Shown here: one piece after another, positions 58,148-64,000 of the stretch | Layout: every line of letters begins with the position of its first letter | Numbering within the stretch: position 1 is the first letter of the stretch | Assembly (NCBI GenBank): GCA_964549765.1 | Contig: CAZJWR010000008.1 | Location: 16,097 to 80,096, forward strand | Direction of reading: 5' to 3' | DNA from: an uncultured Ignavibacteriales bacterium | Lineage (GTDB): Bacteria > Zixibacteria > MSB-5A5 > GN15 > JAAZOE01 | Length of the DNA stretch: 64,000 nt | Made by a program: the position numbers and the translations under genes | The notes under the pieces: generated by a model | What the model saw: only the letters and a program-made list of their open reading frames with translations | What the model was told of the DNA's origin: nothing | Databases searched by the model: none

Positions 58148-60709
58148 TTACATATCCAGCTTTTGCTGGGGATTCTCGCCGTCCTCGTTTTCGCCATCGC
58201 CTTTGGCCTCGGCGCCGTTTGATTTAGCTGCGGCTCCGTTGTCGCCGCCGCCATTGCCGGTGCCGCCGTTTTCTTCGAGCTTCTTGCGGCTGCCGAAGAC
58301 CACGGCAACATCGGTGACCTTGTCGCCCGACTTGAGATTGATCATTCGAACGCCCTGGGTGCTGCGGCCGATAACGCGAATGCCCGATACCGCCATCCGG
58401 TTGGCGATCCCGTGACGAGTCATCAGGATCAATTCGTCGTCGTCGAGCACCTCGCGGATGGACACCACCTTGCCATTGCGCTCGCTGCATTTGATATTGA
58501 TGATCCCCTTGCCGCCGCGATTGGTAACGCGATACTCGTTGACGTCGGTGCGTTTGCCGTAGCCGTTTTCGGTCACCGACAGAATCGACGACTGCCGCTT
58601 GACGACGACCATGCCGACGACATAGTCGCCCTTGGCCAGATTGATCCCCTTGACGCCGGCGGCAGTGCGCCCCATCCCGCGGACTTTGGATTCGGGGAAG
58701 CGGATGGCCTGCCCCTCGCGGGTGCCGAGGATGATATCGTTGGCGCCGTTGGTGACGACGCACTGGATGAGTTCGTCGCCTTTGCTCAGAGAGATGGCAT
58801 TGATGCCGGTCTTGCGCGGGTTGGAATAGGCGTCCAGCGACGTTTTCTTGATCGTCCCCTGGCGGGTGGCCATGACGATGTACTGGTTGGGATCGAATTC
58901 TCGCACGCGGGTGAACGTGGTGACATGTTCATCGGGCTGCAGGCTGAGCATATTGACGATCGGCCGGCCCTTGGCCAGACGACCGCCACGCGGAATTTCA
59001 TGCACTTTCAGCCAGTAGCATCGTCCCGTCGAGCTGAAAAACAGGATATATTGATGCGACGTGGCGATGAAGACATGCTCGGCGAAATCCTCTTCCTTGG
59101 TATCCATGCCGATGACGCCCATACCGCCGCGATTCTGGCGGCGATAGGCCAATACCGACAGGGATTTGATATATCCGGTATGGGTGATGGTGATGACCAT
59201 CTCCTCGTCGGCGATGAGGTCTTCGATAGTGAGCTCGTCGGTCTGATCGATAATCTCGGTGCGGCGGTCGTCACCGTACTTTCGCTTGAGCTCCAGCACC
59301 TCTTCCTTGATGATGTTCATGCGGCGCGGTTTCGAGGCCAGAATCGATTTGAGTTCCTCGATCTTCTTGATCGTTGCGAGATATTCCTCTTCGATCTTCT
59401 GCCGTTCCAAACCGGTCAGTTTCTGGAGGCGCATGTCGAGGATGGCATTGGCCTGGATTTCCGACAGCTTGAATGTATTCATCAAGCCTTCGCGCGCATC
59501 CGGCACCGTCTTGGATTTTTTGATCAGTTCGATGACGGCGTCGATATTATCCAGCGCGATCTTGTATCCCTCGAGGATATGGGCGCGGGCCTCGGCCTTA
59601 CGAAGATCGAACTCGGTGCGCCGGACGACGACCTCGTGGCGATGCTCGATATATAACTCGATCAAATTCTTGAGCGACAGCTCCTTGGGGACGCCCTTGT
59701 CGAGGACAAGATTGATGATCGAGAAGGTCGACTGCAGCTGCGTCATGCCGTACAGTTGATTCAGCACAATTTCGGTCTGGCTGTCCCGTTTGAGTTCGAT
59801 GACGACGCGCATGCCGTCGCGGTCGGATTCGTCGCGGAGGTCGGAGACGCCCTCGAGTTTCTTGTCGCGGACCAGGTCGGCGATCTTAACCAAAAGGGCC
59901 GATTTGTTGACCTGATAGGGAATCTCGGTGATGATGATGGCTTCCTTGCCCGATTTTTGTTTCTCGACGACGGCGCGGGCGCGGAGGGTGATGCGTCCCC
60001 GCCCGGTGCGATACGCTTCGCGAATACCCTCGCGGCCGTAGATGATGCCGCCGGTGGGGAAATCGGGGCCGGTAATGATTTCCATCAGTCCGTCGTTGGT
60101 AATTTCAGGTTCATCGATGACAGCCATGATGCCGTCGGCGACCTCGGTCAGGTTATGCGGCGCGATGCTGGTGGCCATGCCGACGGCGATACCGGTGCTG
60201 CCGTTGCAGATCAGGTTCGGAAATCGTCCCGGCAGGACAACCGGTTCCTTGAGCGTGCCGTCGTAATTGGGTATGAAATCGACCGTTTCCTTGTCGATGT
60301 CGGCCATCAATTCCATGGCGATGGGTGTCAGGCGGGCTTCGGTGTATCGCATGGCGGCGGCGCCGTCGCCGTCGATGGATCCGAAGTTGCCCTGGCCGTC
60401 GACCAGCGGGTAGCGCATGTTGAAATCCTGGGCCATGCGCACCAGCGTCGGATAGACCACCTGTTCGCCGTGGGGATGATAATTACCCGATGTATCGCCG
60501 GCGATCTTGGCGCATTTGCGAAAGGGCCGGCCGGGCGACAGGTTCAGCTCGTACATCGCCACCAGGATACGGCGATTGGACGGCTTGAGTCCGTCCCGGA
60601 CGTCCGGCAGAGCGCGATTGGTGATGACCGACATGGAATAATCGAGGTAGGAATTTTTCATTTCCTCTTCGAGGAAGATCGGGACGATTTTTTGATGATC
60701 GAGGTTCAT
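58148..60709 (-). CDS. gyrA: DNA gyrase subunit A
   Basis: [19 protein letters not shown] (catalytic Tyr), GyrA-box QNRGGMG and C-terminal pinwheel repeats. Confidence 0.96.
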   Translation of the reverse strand: MNLDHQKIVPIFLEEEMKNSYLDYSMSVITNRALPDVRDGLKPSNRRILVAMYELNLSPGRPFRKCAKIAGDTSGNYHPHGEQVVYPTLVRMAQDFNMRYPLVDGQGNFGSIDGDGAAAMRYTEARLTPIAMELMADIDKETVDFIPNYDGTLKEPVVLPGRFPNLICNGSTGIAVGMATSIAPHNLTEVADGIMAVIDEPEITNDGLMEIITGPDFPTGGIIYGREGIREAYRTGRGRITLRARAVVEKQKSGKEAIIITEIPYQVNKSALLVKIADLVRDKKLEGVSDLRDESDRDGMRVVIELKRDSQTEIVLNQLYGMTQLQSTFSIINLVLDKGVPKELSLKNLIELYIEHRHEVVVRRTEFDLRKAEARAHILEGYKIALDNIDAVIELIKKSKTVPDAREGLMNTFKLSEIQANAILDMRLQKLTGLERQKIEEEYLATIKKIEELKSILASKPRRMNIIKEEVLELKRKYGDDRRTEIIDQTDELTIEDLIADEEMVITITHTGYIKSLSVLAYRRQNRGGMGVIGMDTKEEDFAEHVFIATSHQYILFFSSTGRCYWLKVHEIPRGGRLAKGRPIVNMLSLQPDEHVTTFTRVREFDPNQYIVMATRQGTIKKTSLDAYSNPRKTGINAISLSKGDELIQCVVTNGANDIILGTREGQAIRFPESKVRGMGRTAAGVKGINLAKGDYVVGMVVVKRQSSILSVTENGYGKRTDVNEYRVTNRGGKGIINIKCSERNGKVVSIREVLDDDELILMTRHGIANRMAVSGIRVIGRSTQGVRMINLKSGDKVTDVAVVFGSRKKLEENGGTGNGGGDNGAAAKSNGAEAKGDGENEDGENPQQKLDM

Positions 60710-60952
60710 ATATATTCTATCCTTATTGTCCTTAACAGCTTAAGCCGTCTTACATATTTCCGGCAACCTTAAACATACGATTTTTTTACCCAAAACGCAA
60801 CGGTTGAGTTCGCCTTTTTGAGGCAATTCTGTCTCCGTAATACGCTGTACCGTAATAAATTACGGCGTTGCATCGCTTTTTGTTGAATAAAGCGACGCCG
60901 AATCCCATATATTGATAAACAGTGAATGATAATCATATCAGGTGGTGATGGA

Positions 60953-61384
60953 GTGACGTACGTACCGATGACGGGCGGAGGCGCAGCGGCAGCCGCAGCA
61001 GCGGCGGCGGCTCGCAGACGCATGCTCGAGGAGGAAGAAAAATTGACTACGTATAATAAACACGATCTGGAGGGATGGGAATTCAAAATCGTCCGGGCCA
61101 ATACCAGCTATTTCAAGAAGCCCGAAAACCTGAAGCGCACCATGGACGAGGAAGCTCGCTCGGGATGGGAGATGGTCGAGAAGTTCGACAATCAGCGGGT
61201 GCGGTTCAAACGCCGTGTCGAAAAGCGCAAAGAGGACCAGTATCATCAGGATCTCGATCCCTATCGCACGACCGTGGGCATCAACCAAGGGAAGCTCGCG
61301 TTGATCATCGTGATCAGCATTTTGCTCGGCACGGGAATAGCGCTCGCGATCGTCTTCGGCATCATCCGCCCGTTGGTGGAGTAA
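60953..61384 (+). CDS. Hypothetical protein (DUF4177-like GWE repeats, C-terminal TM)
   Basis: Poly-Ala N-terminus; EGWEFKIVR...EEARSGWEMVEK; C-terminal TM helix. The start is uncertain (60926, 60953 or 60968). Confidence 0.7.
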   Translation: MTYVPMTGGGAAAAAAAAAARRRMLEEEEKLTTYNKHDLEGWEFKIVRANTSYFKKPENLKRTMDEEARSGWEMVEKFDNQRVRFKRRVEKRKEDQYHQDLDPYRTTVGINQGKLALIIVISILLGTGIALAIVFGIIRPLVE

Positions 61385-61410
61385 TATAAATTTGCATCAC
61401 GGATGCCTCA

Positions 61411-61501
61411 GGTAACGCACTCCTTCAGGAGTGCGAAGTGGCATCGATCACAATCACTCACCCGGATGGCATTTTTCGCACCGCTGAAGCGGTGCGGCAC
61501 C
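61411..61501. repeat. Inverted pair of REP palindromes (REPIN/BIME-like)
   Basis: GTAACGCACTCCTTCAGGAGTGCGAA on + and GTGCCGCACCGCTTCAGCGGTGCGAA on -, 37 bp apart. Confidence 0.7.
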
Positions 61502-61628
61502 CATAATCAACTGACGACTCGTCTCATGCGGCGAAGCCGGTTGCGGTACGCATTTATGAGTGCGAGGAGGTATCCATAATAGTAAGGGGTTTCATTTATT
61601 TATATCGGACCATTTTTCGACGTAGTGC

Positions 61629-64000
61629 TTACAGCACGTACTGGCAGGGTTCGGGACCGCCTTTGAAAATATAATTGATGATATAGACGGCGTCGGAAAT
61701 ATTGGTTTTTCCGTCGCAATCGGCGTCGGCTTCGCTCATCCGTTTGGGCGCCGGGCCGCCCTTGAATATCCAGTTGATCAAATACACGGCGTCGGCCACG
61801 TTGACATCGGCGTCGCCGTTGACGTCGCCCGACATATTCCAGACGACATAGGCGTAATCGAAAAGAACGGCGCTGCTGTCGGTCACGATCCGTTCGGGCG
61901 GATCGCTGCGAAGGACGTACGGAACCGAGGCGCAGTCATAATCGGCGATACCCACCACGGCCGAATCGGCCAGGCCGGGCGTGCCGACGTTGAGATACTG
62001 GAAGGTGATATTGCCGTTCTTGGTCAGGATGATTTCGAACGTCGTCAGGGTATCTTCGGGATCGTTGTAATTGCCGACTTGGTAATATTCGACGACGAAC
62101 GAATCGCGGGCAGAGGAGCGATAATAATAGACCGCTCCATGGCCGCCGCCGGTGGCGTCGAGGTTGAAATCGTCCCAGAACGGCGACACGAATGTCGTAA
62201 ACGGCGGGTTTGGGATGGGGACCGGGACGTAATACCCCTCGACATTGACATTAGAATCGGTGAATGAAATTGCGCCGTTGGCGCCGATATATAGCTGACC
62301 GTACGTTGTGTCATAATAGGGGAAATCGAAGCGGATAAAGAATTCGCCGGCGGTGCCGTCGTCGATCTTGAAATCATCGACAAAAGGATTATACCAGGAA
62401 AAAGACGGTATTTTAATGCCGGCTGAAGTGATATCGACCCATTGAAACTCCGGGCCGCCGGGATCGGCCGAGGATTTGGACGTGTATGTGGTGTCGGCGC
62501 AGGGAACGTCTACGAACACCGGTACTACGGCCCGCTGGTCGAGCGGCCCGCCGCTTTGGCCGTACTCGATGTCGATAACGCCCTTATATATCTGCGTGCG
62601 ATCCTCGAGAACCGTGGCGTCGAATATCACTTCGATCATTTCCGAACCCGACGGCGCGATGACACCGCTGGGTGTCGGGACGACCAGCCACGGACCTATC
62701 GGATTTTTGGCCAGACTATCCGACGCCGTCAGCGAATAATCCAGAGCATAGTCCGGCGACGTATTGCCTAGCTCGAAATATGCGTTCAGCTGCGAACCCA
62801 GCGCGACGGTCGTGTCGAAATAGTTCGGGTTGACGGCGAGCATCGGAGGCGCGGGGAGAGCGGAATCGGCCGCTCGAATATCCGGCCGGGGACCGATATG
62901 ATCGGTAATATTGACCTGCTGGGGCGATCCGGTGGCCGCGAGCACGTCCCGGAGGCGGTCGGCATCGATAGCCTGACCGTAACGAAGCTGGTAGATACCC
63001 TCGAGAGCCGCCACCGCTCCGGCGATAATCGGCGTCGCCGCCGATGTGCCGCTGAAATCGGGTGTGTAGTACTGTCGCGGATCACCGCCGCCGCTGAACA
63101 GATATCCATACCCGGTAGTAGTCACGCCGCGGCCATACCCCTGGAGATTGACCCGTTCGCCGTAATTCGAAAACGATAATCGCGACCGGTCGACGCCATA
63201 TGCCCCTGACGGCGGCGCGCCGGCTCCGATCATGATGGCGTGCGAATTGCGAAAGGCGGTGTCAAAGACATTTTCATAGATGACGTCGTCGAGATTCTCG
63301 GCGCCGTTGCCCGCCGCCTCACAGACGATGATCCCTTTGGCCCAGGCCCGCTGGATGGCGTCGAACGTGGCCTGCCAGTATTCCTCGCATACATATCCCA
63401 GCTGATCGGTGCGTTCCTGGAAATCATATCGCGGCCCGGGCGTATGGAGTTCGATCAGCATGACATCTCCGGCCTGCATACTGTCGGAGGCCCGGAGAAT
63501 CGCCTCGGCCACGGTTATACCGCCGATAGACACCATGCCGATCTCGGCGCCGGGAACGATGCCGGTCACGCCGTAGCCGTTGTCTTCGCCGATCATGACG
63601 CCGATAACGGCCGAGCCATGGTTGCGCCAATCGGAATTATCGATCGGTGTGCCCCCGATAAGTCCCCCGACGGCTGTTTCCAGGTCTTCATGATCGAACT
63701 GCCAGTTGCCCTCAACATCGACGATCCTGACGCCCGCGCCGTCCCCGCCGGGGACGGTCCGCCCATAATCGGCGTCGACGCCGCCGGGGGCCGGCCGCAG
63801 ATAGTACTGAATACTGTCGTAATCGGGCGTCGTTGGCGGCAGATCGATCGCCGGGGCCGGTTTCGGTTCGGGATAGGCGATTTCCACTTCGGGCAGGCGG
63901 TTGAGACGGTTAACCAGATCTTCGGCATCAGCGGCGGATGCAACCGGTACGACGAAATAATTATTCATATCCGCCAACTGATAGCCGGTCTTGCGCTCCA
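61629..64000 (-). CDS. S8 subtilisin-like serine peptidase with a C-terminal dockerin-like domain (5' end outside the window)
   Basis: Triad VDVE / NHGSAV / SGTSAA; oxyanion AAGNG; duplicated dockerin-like motif. The frame is open to the window edge. Confidence 0.92.
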   Translation of the reverse strand, partial: ERKTGYQLADMNNYFVVPVASAADAEDLVNRLNRLPEVEIAYPEPKPAPAIDLPPTTPDYDSIQYYLRPAPGGVDADYGRTVPGGDGAGVRIVDVEGNWQFDHEDLETAVGGLIGGTPIDNSDWRNHGSAVIGVMIGEDNGYGVTGIVPGAEIGMVSIGGITVAEAILRASDSMQAGDVMLIELHTPGPRYDFQERTDQLGYVCEEYWQATFDAIQRAWAKGIIVCEAAGNGAENLDDVIYENVFDTAFRNSHAIMIGAGAPPSGAYGVDRSRLSFSNYGERVNLQGYGRGVTTTGYGYLFSGGGDPRQYYTPDFSGTSAATPIIAGAVAALEGIYQLRYGQAIDADRLRDVLAATGSPQQVNITDHIGPRPDIRAADSALPAPPMLAVNPNYFDTTVALGSQLNAYFELGNTSPDYALDYSLTASDSLAKNPIGPWLVVPTPSGVIAPSGSEMIEVIFDATVLEDRTQIYKGVIDIEYGQSGGPLDQRAVVPVFVDVPCADTTYTSKSSADPGGPEFQWVDITSAGIKIPSFSWYNPFVDDFKIDDGTAGEFFIRFDFPYYDTTYGQLYIGANGAISFTDSNVNVEGYYVPVPIPNPPFTTFVSPFWDDFNLDATGGGHGAVYYYRSSARDSFVVEYYQVGNYNDPEDTLTTFEIILTKNGNITFQYLNVGTPGLADSAVVGIADYDCASVPYVLRSDPPERIVTDSSAVLFDYAYVVWNMSGDVNGDADVNVADAVYLINWIFKGGPAPKRMSEADADCDGKTNISDAVYIINYIFKGGPEPCQYVL

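Noticed and set aside
60975-61015. GCN run as a phase-variable microsatellite
   Set aside because: Mixed GCA/GCG/GCC/GCT codons encode in-frame poly-Ala; it is not a pure slippage tract.
1-64000. tRNA-Sec, other tRNA/rRNA genes, CRISPR arrays, integrases or transposases
   Set aside because: I recognised no cloverleaf, rRNA segment, regularly spaced repeat-spacer array or recombinase motif by eye. A covariance-model scan was not possible.

Overview
This is a 64-kb bacterial chromosomal window of about 45 genes, GC-rich in coding DNA with AT-richer intergenic stretches. Four secreted proteins carry C-terminal dockerin-like 'GDxxGD..NVxDAVYLIxYIFxGGPxP' tags, which suggests candidate phylum Zixibacteria (inference, not tested). 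I found no rRNA, tRNA, CRISPR array, integrase or intact transposase. Content in order: a CusB/TolC heavy-metal efflux operon facing a His-rich sensor kinase and sigma54 activator; a Rieske / fused cytochrome b6-subunit IV / nonaheme cytochrome c operon; an ECF sigma and ZAS anti-sigma pair; dockerin-tagged M14, M23 and S8 peptidases plus a double beta-propeller; a PEP-CTERM protein; a PIP-synthase-like gene coupled to a myo-inositol-kinase-like gene; pruA, copB, macAB-like, ktrAB and priA; a peroxiredoxin split by an in-frame UGA that is followed by a SECIS-like hairpin (a hidden selenoprotein); an Rrf2-dsrM-dsrK-like operon with Rex-like and Rrf2-like boxes, preceded by a NifS-SelD fusion; a PD-(D/E)xK nuclease; and gyrA with an atypical QRDR. 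Several REP/RPE-type palindrome families sit in intergenic regions. The best candidates for undescribed biology are the selenium/sulfur redox locus (45.7-55.1 kb), the dockerin-tagged protease set, the inositol-salvage lipid gene pair and the nonaheme Rieske/cytochrome b complex.
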